Below, piece after piece: positions 1 to 10,739 of a DNA stretch of 64,000 bases. Within the stretch, counting starts at the first letter, position 1. The number at the start of each line of letters is the position of its first letter. The stretch spans positions 118,854,001 to 118,918,000 of the forward strand of contig NC_043000.1 of NCBI RefSeq assembly GCF_006345805.1, given 5' to 3'. The notes under the pieces were generated by a model. The model made no database searches. It saw only the letters and a list, made by a program, of their open reading frames with translations, and had not been told where the DNA came from. The stretch is from Octopus sinensis. Its lineage: Eukaryota. The position numbers and the translations under genes were made by a program.

Positions 1-29
1 ATGCTGATGCTACTTCGCAATAATCTTCA

Positions 30-32
30 TTA

Positions 33-109
<77 letters not shown>

Positions 110-119
110 ACTACTACTA

Positions 120-155
<36 letters not shown>

Positions 156-164
156 CACTACTAC

Positions 165-210
<46 letters not shown>
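30..210. repeat. Compound trinucleotide microsatellite (CTA)n-(CTG)n-(CTA)n-(TTA)n
   Basis: Read directly; it explains the poly-Y/C/T/I ORFs at 1-330. Confidence 0.95.
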
Positions 211-212
<2 letters not shown>

Positions 213-821
213 GAAGTGTGTATGTGTGCGTGTACATGTCTTTTCGTTCGTATTTGCCCCACCACCACCACCACCACTTGACAGCCGGTGTTGGTGTGCT
301 TACGTCCCCGTAAGCAAAAGTAACCGATAGGATAAGTAACAGGCTTAAAAAGAAAATAAATACTGGGGACGATTCGTTCGGCTCTCTTACTCTTTTACTC
401 TTTCAGTTTCTGTCAACCAAATCCACTCACAAGGCTTTGGTCGGCTCGAGGCTATAGTTGATGACACTTGTCCAAGGTGCCATGCAGTGGGACTGAACCC
501 GGAACTATGTGGTTGGTAAGCAAGCTACTTCCGACACAGCCACTCCTGCGTCTATAAAATAATAATTCCTCAAGGCAGTGTTCTAGCATGACCACAGTCC
601 AACGACTGAAACAAGTAAAAGATTAAAGCTAACGATTTCCCGAAGAGAAATCGTTCTTGTTCATGGTTGATTGTTCACTAGTTGTTCACCAGTTGTTTAC
701 CAGTTGTTCATTTAAAAAATGTTTAAAAAAACATGGTTTTTAAATTTACGCACAGATTGGAACATACCAATCTTATTTTCTTCCTTGCGAAAATAATTTA
801 GTCTTTAAAATATTGCTATGG

Positions 822-1185
822 GTGCAGTTATGGCTGTGTGGTAGATCACATGGTTCCGTGTTCAGTCCCACTGTGTGGCACGTTGGACTTCTACTATGGC
901 ATAGGGCCAAGCAAAGCCTTGCGAGTATATTTGGTAGGCAGAAACTGAAAGAAGCCCATCGTGTGTGTGTATGTGTGTCTTTGTGTTCGTTTCCCCATCA
1001 CCGTTTGAAACCGGTGTTGGTGTGTTTACGTCCCCATAACTTAGAAGTTCGGCAAAAGAGCCGATGGAATAAGTACTAGGCTTTAAATATAAAACTTGGG
1101 GATCGATTCATTCAACTAAAATTGCTTCAAGGTGGTGCCCCAGCATGGCCGTTGTTTAATGACTGACTCAAGTAAAAGATGAAAG
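822..1185 (+). mobile_element. SINE family A, diverged copy
   Basis: Left arm ggctgtgtggtagatcacatggttccgtgttcagtccc, internal (TG)n, right arm ending ggtgccccagcatggcc; similar to 33418-33826. Confidence 0.8.
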
Positions 1186-1460
1186 GAAAAAAAAGAAAAG
1201 ATTACTAAATATTTTTAGCATTGACATACTTAGATGTTAAACCTGGAGCTGTTGCTGCTGCTACCCGTGTGAAATAGGGTCAGGTTAGTCACAAACAATT
1301 ATCGCTTGTATTCAATTTTACCTTTGATTCTTATGCACAATAAAATTTCTCCCAGGCGATTTCGTTTTGATCTGAATAAATAAAAAAAAAAAACAGAATA
1401 AATTTTATGCATGTGTTTCATAATAGTAACACAGATTTTATTATAATTGTAGAATACACA

Positions 1461-2051
1461 TTTCTTTACTACCCACAAGGGGCTAAACACAGAGGGGACA
1501 AACAAGGACAGACAAACGGATTAAGTCGATTATATCGACCCCAGTGCGTAACTGGTACTTATTTAATCAACCCCGAAAGGATGAAAGGCAAAGTTGACCT
1601 CGGCGGAATTTGAACTCAGAACGTAGTGGCAGACGAAATACCTATTTCTTTACTACCCACAAGGGGCTAAACACAGAGAGGACAAACAAGGACAGACAAA
1701 CGGATTAAGTCGAATATATCGACCCCAGTGTGTAACTGGTACTTATTTAATCGACCCCGAAAGGATGAAAGGCAAAGTCGACCTCGGCAGAATTTGAACT
1801 CAGAACGTAACGGCAGGCGAAATACCCATTTCTTTACTACCCACAAGGGGCTAAACACAGAGAGGACAAACAAGGACGGACAAGGGGATCAAGTCGATTA
1901 TATCGACCCCAGTGCGTAACTGGTACTTATTTAATCGACCCCGAAAGGATGAAAGGCAAAGTCGACCTCGGCGGAATTCGAACTCAGAACGTAGTGGCAG
2001 GCGAAATACCGCTAAGCATTTCATCCGGTGTGCTAAAGATTCTGCCAGCTC
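1461..2051 (-). mobile_element. SINE family B head-to-tail trimer (period about 184 bp)
   Basis: Three copies of tttctttactacccacaaggggctaaacac...gaactcagaacg; only the copy ending at about 2051 has the 5' head. Confidence 0.9.
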
Positions 2052-2056
2052 CCCAT

Positions 2057-2545
2057 ATCAATACACTGCTTCCTTCATATTTCACTGTGTTCTTCTCTCA
2101 TGCACGAGATAACCTTTCGCCACTTCGTCGGACGTACATCTCGCCGTCGGAACCAATCACATTAAACTTCGATTCATCGCTAAAATGAACCTGCGACCCT
2201 TGTTATTCTGTGCAAACGACATGTTCATGAGCAAAACGAAGACAGGTTCTTTAATTTTTCTTGGAGTTCAGAGGTTTCTTTGCCGATGCCCGAGCAAGCA
2301 ACCCAGGACCTCGTAACCTGCGAGAAATTGTTTTACGCGATACGTTGGCATCGGAAGTGGAGCCAAACTCGCGGGATATCTCAGCAGCATTCTTAAACCT
2401 CTCTTTCAGTGACATTCTAACCATAATACGATCCTGTTTTGGTAAAGTTTTACGAGGTCTACCGGTTTGGGGTTTAGCATATGTCGATCCTGATGACTTA
2501 AAACGAGCTACAATTCGTTGCACAACACTTTTAGACCTTCCTACA
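2057..2545 (-). pseudogene. Tc1-family transposase fragment (HTH region plus start of DDE domain)
   Basis: ORF 2251-2595 gives GRSKSVVQRIVARFKSSGS...GRPRKT...VSRKTISRRL; downstream minus strand reads HFSDESKFNVIGSDGEMYVRR...VLIWG with a stop. Confidence 0.85.
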
Positions 2546-2555
2546 GTAGTTGGCC

Positions 2556-2696
2556 AGATTGGAGCAATCTCGAGTATAACCAGCCGAAATTGCAAAGATA
2601 ATCTGGAACTCGACTAAGGAAAGAAAACTCCGAATGGCCCGTCCTTGTTTTCTTTGTATCGTCTGTCTGGATGTTTTGCGTTCTTGTCCCATTTTT
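2556..2696. mobile_element. Short interspersed repeat, PLE pseudo-LTR-like (also at 29355-29488 and 43265-43395)
   Basis: Shared ggatgttttgcgttcttgtcccattttt motif next to (TA)n; the pLTR assignment is inference. Confidence 0.5.
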
Positions 2697-3586
2697 GGGA
2701 TCTTTTCAATTCTGAAGCCAGGACCACAGATCTTTCTACTTAACTAAATATTCTGAAACTTCGTATGCTGATAGAGTCTAGCAAAACAAGACACAGGTTG
2801 GAACTAGTTTATTTGAGAAAAATCTATTTTATGACTTTAATCGCAGATTAAAACTGCGAATTTTAACCAATCAGATTGTTTGTTTTCATGTGTAAAACTT
2901 GACTGCATTCTATTAGTGTGACGTAGAAAGCGCTTTTGTGACGTACTAACGTTCGGAAAACTATAAACAAACACAGAACGTAACGGCAGACGAAATACGG
3001 CTACGCATTTCGCCCGGCGTGCTAACGTTTCTGCCAGCTCTTTGCTTTAATATTAAATTTCTTGCCTTTTGCACAAATAAATACAATAAGTGAAATGAAA
3101 CGCATTAGCTTAGAAACGAAATCTTGTTAGAAGCCTCGTCACTGAGATGCCACGTCTTAATAGCAACGAACGCAAGCAAGTACTAACAGAATGGAAACAT
3201 TTTCAATTTAATACATGTGGCTTATTAACTAGTTTTAAATATTGTTATTAGAAGGTGGCTGACTATAGGATCCTGGAAACATGAGTACGTTAAATAATTA
3301 GAAGGAGATTTCACGGAGACATGCGGCTTGTTTACATTTAAGATGTTTAATACGTCACCAAATTGGTGGTCGAGACGGAGTAAATAAAATAAAGCCGAAT
3401 GACGGAATATCATTGGTTAAAATTCTAATTATTAAACAACGTTAAACTTAGAAGTTACAATTCTGTTTTCATTCTGGTTTACAATTAAGTTTACTTTTGA
3501 CACATTCTACCAGTATACGAAGTTTCAAATTGTTTGGTTCAGTAGGAAAAATTTGAAAAAACTGGCTTCAGAATTGAAAAGATCCC
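2697..3586. mobile_element. Non-autonomous TIR DNA element with 6-bp TSD
   Basis: Ends gggatcttttcaattctgaagccag / ctggcttcagaattgaaaagatccc; ATTTTT duplicated on both sides. Confidence 0.85.
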
Positions 3587-3687
3587 ATTTTTGTATCATA
3601 TATATATATATAATATATATATATATACACGCACATACACTCACACACACATATATATATTAAGTAATTAAGTTTATGTCCGATCAT

Positions 3688-3748
3688 AGAGTGACCAATG
3701 GTTTCGCATCCACAAAGGTCTTAGTCTCGCGGACGTCTATCAGACTCT
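3688..3748 (-). ncRNA. Type-I hammerhead-like motif with altered core
   Basis: Minus strand AGAGU CUGAUAGA CGUCCGC-(15 nt)-GUGGAUG C GAAA CCAUUG GUC ACUCU; stems I, II and III pair, core has one extra nucleotide. Confidence 0.65.
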
Positions 3749-3851
3749 TAAGCCGAAGACAAAAATATATGTACACACGCACGCACCACACACACACACA
3801 CACACACATACATGGTGGGTGCTTGCATTTACATGTGTGTAACCGTGTGTT

Positions 3852-4010
<159 letters not shown>

Positions 4011-4301
4011 TGTGGGAACCGGAGGGGTGAAAGAAAGAGGCTTAGAAAGAGAGACGGCGGGAGAAATAGAGAAACAGGGCCAACCAAGGTTGACGGAACG
4101 GGAGAACTACACTATTGTACTCGCTGTCATCATGATGGAATGTGTTCTATTGTTGGATTTTGTTTTTAAACATCACCCAGCTCTTAGTTAAATGCTATAG
4201 CATTCGACTGTTCCTTCTTACTCAGCCTGCTTGTTTTGTTTCTTTTGCCACACAGTATGTCTTTCAATGCCTGAAGGCAAAAAAAAATTTGAATAAATGA
4301 A

Positions 4302-4344
<43 letters not shown>

Positions 4345-4799
4345 AACTAATAATTATACATAAGAAAGTAAAACAAATTATAAGTAAAGTCGTATACAAA
4401 ACGGGCTACGAAAAATATTACCCCACTAGAAAAAAAAGAGGGAGAGAGAGAGAGAGAGAGAAAATAGTTTATATTCTCAGAACGACCTACCCTGTGTCAA
4501 CGGTGTAATACCACAGTTCCTGAAAATATTCAAGTTAACTAGCAAAGACTCCATATGGTGCTCCAGCATGGCCGCAGTCAAATGATTGCACGCACACACG
4601 CACACACACACACACACACATACACACGAACACATGTATGTGTATCTTCTATCATTTGTTTCAGTCATTAGACTGTGGCCATGCTGGAGCACCGCCTGGG
4701 AGTACATTTTATTCGAATGAATTGCATCAGCACTTATGTATATGTATATATAATATATATATATATATATATTTATTTATATATATATATATATATATA

Positions 4800-4930
4800 A
4801 GGGCGTAGGAGTGGCTGTGTGGTAAGTAGCTTGCTTACCAACCACCTTGGGCAAGTGTCTTCTACTATAGCCTCGGGTCAACCAAAGCCTTGTGAGTAGA
4901 TTGGTAGACGGAAACTGAAAGAAGCCCGTC

Positions 4931-4995
<65 letters not shown>

Positions 4996-5200
4996 TGTGT
5001 GTGTGTGTGTGTGTGTGTGTGTGCCCAATATCGCTCTGACAACCGATGCTGGTGTGTTTTCGTCCCCGTAACTTAGCGGTTCGGCAAAATAGAACGATAG
5101 AATAAGTACTAGGCTTACAATGAATAAGTCCTGGGGTCGATTTGCTCGACTAAACGCGGAGCTCCAGCATGGCCACAGTCAAATGACTGAAACGAGTAAA
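4800..5200 (+). mobile_element. SINE family A
   Basis: ggagtggctgtgtggtaagtagcttgc head, ccttgggcaagt, internal (TA)/(TG)n, tail gctccagcatggccacagtcaaatgactgaaac. Confidence 0.9.
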
Positions 5201-5206
5201 AGAGTA

Positions 5207-5267
<61 letters not shown>

Positions 5268-5520
5268 ATAAATGTATATATATATATAAATGTGTGTGTG
5301 TATGCATATATATATATATACGTACATTATTTTCCGAAAGTATACATACGTATATGTATATATGTATGCATGCATGTACAAATACGTACGCATGTATCTG
5401 TGAAAGTAATCTGTTTTTCTAATTAAAATTTTACGTAACAGGGAAAGAACCTGTTTTGTAAGGCAAAGAAACGGGTTCTTCCATTGGAATGTAGACAACT
5501 AGGTAATTGGGTAACCATTT

Positions 5521-5855
5521 GTGTATGTATGTATGTATGTATGTATGTATGTATGTATGTATGTATGTATGTATGTATTATGTGTGTGTATCTATGTATG
5601 TATGTATGTATGTATGTATGTATGTATTTTTGTATGTATGTATGTATGCATGTATTTATGTATGTATGTATGTATTTTTGTATGTATGTATGTATTTTTG
5701 TATGTATGTATGTATGTATGTATGTATGTATGTATGCATGTATTTATGTATGTATGTATGTATTTATTTATTTTTGTATGTATGTATGTATGTGTGTGTA
5801 TGTATGTATGTATGTAGTGTGTGTGTGTGTATGTATGCATGTGGTATTGTATGTA

Positions 5856-5905
<50 letters not shown>
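5521..5905. repeat. (TATG)n then (TA)n microsatellite
   Basis: Read directly; source of the MYVC-repeat ORFs. Confidence 0.95.
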
Positions 5906-5909
<4 letters not shown>

Positions 5910-6475
5910 ACAAACAGCAGAACTCGAAGCAATTCAGAGAAGCTACACAAAGAAAATTGTCTCAATGCAAAATGTCAGCTACTGGGAAAGACTGAAGTAT
6001 TAAACCTCTTCCTCCTGGAGCGGAGGCGGGAGAGATATGCAGTGATATACATCTGGAAAAATCCTGGAGGGTCTAGTCCCAAACTTTGCATTCAAAGTTA
6101 CTCCAACCGCAGAACGGGGCCGCCGCGGCTTGGTGCCAAGGATTCCAACATCACCATCAAAATACAGTTTCAGATTCTGCAACAGCTTGGGTTTCAGAGG
6201 ACCACAGCTCTTTAACATCCTCCCTAAATGCCTGAGAGACTTATATGGTGTGATGTGGGTTTCTTTAAAACTAACTACTGATCTCTTCTTGTTGGAGTCC
6301 CAGATGAACCTCCCTCACGACAGGAGACACGGATGCGGGCAGCAGCATCGAACTCCCTTGTTGATCAAGTGCCACGTATCAGAGGTGGATTCACAACTAG
6401 TGTAGCTCATTCAGCGGTGGGTGCCCCAGCATGGCCACGGCCTTCGGGCTAAAACATTTTTAAGGATTTAAGGAT
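5910..6475 (+). mobile_element. CR1-clade LINE 3' end (ORF2 C-terminus and tail)
   Basis: Broken frames read ELEAIQRSYTKKI...SYWERL...LERRRERYAVIYIWK...GPQLFNILPKCLRDL; ends in (TTTAAGGA)-like repeats. Confidence 0.8.
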
Positions 6476-6721
6476 TTATATATATTTATGTATGTATGTA
6501 TGTATGTATGTATGTATACATGCATACATACATACATACATACATACTTCTGAAATGTTTAGACAGATGTATAGATATATATTCATACACACACTTACAC
6601 ACACACATATACGTGTCTGTGTGTGTATGTGTGTGTGTGAGAGAGAGAGAGAGAGTGTGTGTGTGTGTTTGTGTGTGTGTGAGAGCGAGAGAGAGAGAGA
6701 GAGCGAGAGAGAGAGAGAGTG

Positions 6722-6752
<31 letters not shown>

Positions 6753-7399
6753 TGCGTGCGTGCGTGTGTGTGTGTGTGTGGTTTTTCCATGTGTTGAAAT
6801 TGAAACTAATCACAGCCTGTAGTCGCTCAAAAATATGTACCGAAGCTTTCACCGTCAGGAGTCAAAACCGTTGCTCTAAGTGCGATCTGGTCATAGACAC
6901 AGTTATACTACAAAGGTGAGAGATAATGTCATTGATCCAGGTTTCAAGATTCTAGTTAGAAATATTTACTCACTTAAGTCAGTCATTCCGGAATGACTGA
7001 CCTGTATAGATGATAAAAATTATAGTTAAAAGCCTAATATCTATGTATACTGGCCAACACTGCATGCCCGTCTCTAACGGTGCTGCCCTTCGCTATTCAG
7101 TGGCCTACCCTCAGATTTAGACAATATAGTTTACAGAAATTTTCCCGCAATACAAATTAGTACCCACCCAGAATATTCTGAAGTACTCCCAGGAACGAAA
7201 GTCTAGCAACGATAGGAATTTATAGGTATGAATTTGAATGTCTTTAAATAAAAACATCTGTACGTAAATTTTTATCCATTTTCTTCATTTTCTTATTTAA
7301 AAAGGTATATATATTTATATATACACCCTCATATATTGGTATAATTTCTATGGATTTTGGAGGGGCCTGTAACTTCTCTTCATAAAACTCATGGTATAA

Positions 7400-7615
7400 T
7401 CTTTTCTACTCTAGGTACAAGGCCCGAAATTTGGGAGGAGGGGCACCAGTCGATTAGATCGACCTCAGTACGCATCTGGTACTTAATTCATCGACCCCGA
7501 AAGGATGAAAGGCAAAGTCGACTTCGGCGGAATTTGAACTCAGAACGTAAATACAGTCGAAATACAGTTAAGTATTTCGCCCGTCGTGCTAACGTTTCTG
7601 CCAGCTCGCCGCCTT
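7400..7615 (-). mobile_element. SINE family B variant (alternative 3' tail)
   Basis: cgaccccgaaaggatgaaaggcaaagtcgac core; tail matches the 47640-47700 type. Confidence 0.8.
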
Positions 7616-7685
7616 AAAACTCATGGTATAATATAATGCAGTATGGTGTTGATATTTATATTTGCATTAATTATATTTCCCAAGT

Positions 7686-7720
<35 letters not shown>

Positions 7721-7754
7721 ATATAAAATTTGATATGATTAGAAGATCGAAAAT

Positions 7755-7798
7755 CCACCTGAAGATTGTCGGTAGCAGACATGAAACATTTGTAGTGG
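7755..7798 (+). ncRNA. Minimal type-I hammerhead ribozyme, canonical core
   Basis: CCAC CUGAAGA U UGUC GGUAGCA GACA U GAAA CAUUU GUA GUGG; stem I CCAC/GUGG, stem II UGUC/GACA, stem III ACA/UGU, triplet GUA. Confidence 0.85.
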
Positions 7799-8009
7799 CG
7801 GTTTATTTAATTATATTAAAATTTTTGTATTGATTAAGTCTTTCCTTGTTGGTTTTTTAAATAGTGGTTTGTCTCGAATTATTTATATAATATTTTACTA
7901 TAAATTGGATTTACCCTAAATTGATTGTCCCTGTAATTTTGGATTCATTCCCTAATATTTTATTATTTATATATATTATATATAAATATATATATATAAT
8001 ATATATATG

Positions 8010-9452
8010 TACTTTATTTAAAGCAGCAGAAAATTCAACAAAAACCTGTTACTCTGAGTTTCACGTTGCCGTTCGTCGGACAGTTTTTGCTAGAATGAAC
8101 CGATATGTCATTCTATCCAGACTAGTATAACGCTACACCAAAAAAAAGGCACCTTTAAATGGACTTGCTTGATTGTCCTTTACAAATAACGGTCTTTTTG
8201 TATTTTTGAATTTTTGATTTTTGATTCTTGGACTAGTCTGTAAATCGCACCGATGGATTTGTTTTTCACGCTATGCAGATTTCATTCCGTATAGCAAAGT
8301 CTCGTGCATATATTTTGTTTATTTTTATATTTTCTACATATTCCTTAGGAAAACCTCACTCGACTTAGTTATTTCATTTTATTATATTGTATAGGCTTAC
8401 TTCGTATTTAACTTATAGATGATCCGAAATAGGGTGTTATATTTTACATGTCTTTCGTCTAATTTTATTATTACACACTCACCATTTTTAAAAAAGCAAG
8501 TGTTGTCAGATCCTAGCCATTATTATGTAAATATGTGTATTGCCATGAATATGTATTTGTAAGCATACGTCTTTTTGTATATGTTAGTGAGCGTATGTTT
8601 TGTACTTAAGCACATACATACACGATTGTATGTGGATGTATGTATCCACTTGAACTTGTGTGTTTTGCGTACTTGTCTCTCTATATATATGTGTCAGTTG
8701 TGCTTACACAATTTGTATACAAATTTTTCTTCTTTCCTTTCCTTCTTTTTCCCTTCTCCTTTTTTTCTTTTTTCTCTCTCTTCCTTTCTTTCGTTTTTTC
8801 TCTTCCTATTCGTTACTTGTATAGAGCCCTGTAACTTTACGTCCCCCTCCCTTTCTCATGTCTTCAGCTTTATATTGTAAATAAGAACGCCCCTTCCCCA
8901 TCCATGAATTTAGCTTATAGTCTATATGGATATAATGATTTTGCATGCGAGCTAGATTGCGTATACATATGTGTACCTGCATTTGTGTGTATATTTAAGC
9001 TTTGTATTTATACGTCTGTATATGTATGTGGTCTGCGCACATCTATCTGTGTATGTTTATGTATATATGTATAGTTTAATATGAATATGAACTATTGTGA
9101 ATATTTTAATGCATTTTAACATTTTGTTTCATTTCCATGAATTATTATATTTCCTTTATTAATGACAAATGTATTTAACCAAATATTCGATGTGAGGTTA
9201 TTTTCCTCGAATTTTATAATGTTATATATATATAATTGAGCTCCATTTTTGTTTTTATCGCTCGAAAATTGACCGTTATTTGTAAAGGACCAATTCAAAC
9301 AAGTCCATTTTAAGGGTGGTAGCGTTTATACTAGTCTGGATAGATTTGACATATCGGTTCTATTCTAGCAAAAACTTTTCCGGACGACGGCAACGTGAAC
9401 TCAGAGTAACAGTTTTGTTGAATTTTCTGCTGCTTTAAATAAAGGCATATTA
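8010..9452. repeat. Inverted pair of about 185-bp pLTR-like arms (8010-8197 and 9268-9452)
   Basis: ctttatttaaagcagcagaaaattcaac...caaataacggtc and its reverse complement, with substitutions. Confidence 0.85.
8046..8083 (-). ncRNA. Minimal type-I hammerhead (U4C core variant)
   Basis: Minus strand CUGU CCGACGA ACG GCAA CGU GAAA CUCAGA GUA ACAG; all three stems pair; decayed copy at about 9376-9412 on +. Confidence 0.75.
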
Positions 9453-9514
9453 CTCTACCACTGTATTTGAGTACTTCTTTTTTCCACCTTGTTTCACATT
9501 TATGTGTTACTCCG

Positions 9515-9850
9515 TATATCTCTTATGATAAAAGGCAGATTTTCTCTGCCTGTTCCCATGTTTCTTTTTAATACAATTCTACAATATAGAATTTCTTCAC
9601 TTTAATGGAATTTACCTATGATTTTTCCAAGTAGATTCGATTGGGTCATGGCATGTAAGCTTTTTCAATGACTCCCAATTAAGCAAAATTTCGAGAAAAC
9701 CAATATTTTAACGATTTGCCTCTCTCATTTCAAGTGGTTTACTCCTGCTATTACCACCACACTTTCTCTCTATTTCTCTTTTGCAAGTGTGAAACTATTA
9801 AAGTGAAAGTATTATATAACAGGGATGACCATTAATAGTGGTCATCATTT
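9515..9850 (+). mobile_element. Non-autonomous Helitron/Helentron-like repeat (second copy about 48654-48990)
   Basis: Both start atctctta..ataaaaggcagatt..tctgcct and share caattaagcaaaattt..gagaaaac and ctcttttgcaagtgtg..attaaagtgaaagta; class assignment is inference. Confidence 0.5.
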
Positions 9851-10739
9851 TTTGCGAGAGGAAGAAATCCGCTATGGTCTTTATGCTACACCACTGGTTT
9901 TCAATTCATATTAATCAAATTAATATTCAATTTTTCACCCTTATTATGTGTGTGTGTGTGTGTATTAGCAATTCGTATAAAATTGCATCATGACTTGAAC
10001 TTGAATAAGTGGTTTCACATAAATGGGGAGATAAATTAAAAAGGTTTGTTGTTATTATTATTACTGTTTTGACTATTGTAATCCGTTTGTTGGTTTCCTC
10101 GTCAGGGAAACGTTGTTTGTTGTTCATTTGTTAAATAATTGTAAAAACCGTAACCCTTCCCCTTCGGAGTAGGGCTTTCGTTATGGTTAAAAAATTGAAT
10201 TTTGTCCCTGTTTGGGAAAATTGACAATATTTTCACCGTCTTTACGGAAGCATTTTTGTAAAATGCTTTTCGATAGAAGAAAGTCCAAAAATGAATTTCG
10301 CTGCAGCCGTACACTTCTATACAGAGGGAGGACAAGATCCAATTGATCGAAATTGCAAGAGACGGGCCTACAATTCCAGTATGTTATATATTTTGAGTAT
10401 TGTTATCACTAGCGATCTCAAGATATAACTTTGTATTTGTATTTTATGTGTAATGTATATATATAGATGTACATGTAACATGTACACATATATAATACAT
10501 AATTACATGCATAATATATCTACCCATACACACATACGCACACACGCAACACACACACACACACATACATAGGGGCAGGTGTGCTGTGTGGTAACAAACG
10601 ACTACGTTTCCAAACACATGGTCCTGGGTTCAGTCCCACTGTGTGTGGTGACTTGGCATGTGTCTTCTGCTGTAGCTTCAGACCAACAAAAGCCTTCTCA
10701 TTAATTTTGTACATATATACAACCTACGACACTTTCAAG

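Noticed and set aside
1461-2051. Regularly spaced repeats resembling a CRISPR array
   Set aside because: Whole units repeat with no unique spacers, there are no cas genes, and the context is a eukaryotic SINE.
7165-7210. CUGAAGUACUCCCAGGAACGAAAGUC
   Set aside because: Core lacks A9, and there is no stem III or stem I.
10102-10335. 77-aa minus-strand ORF in non-repetitive DNA
   Set aside because: No recognisable motif, true start codon or convincing splice sites.
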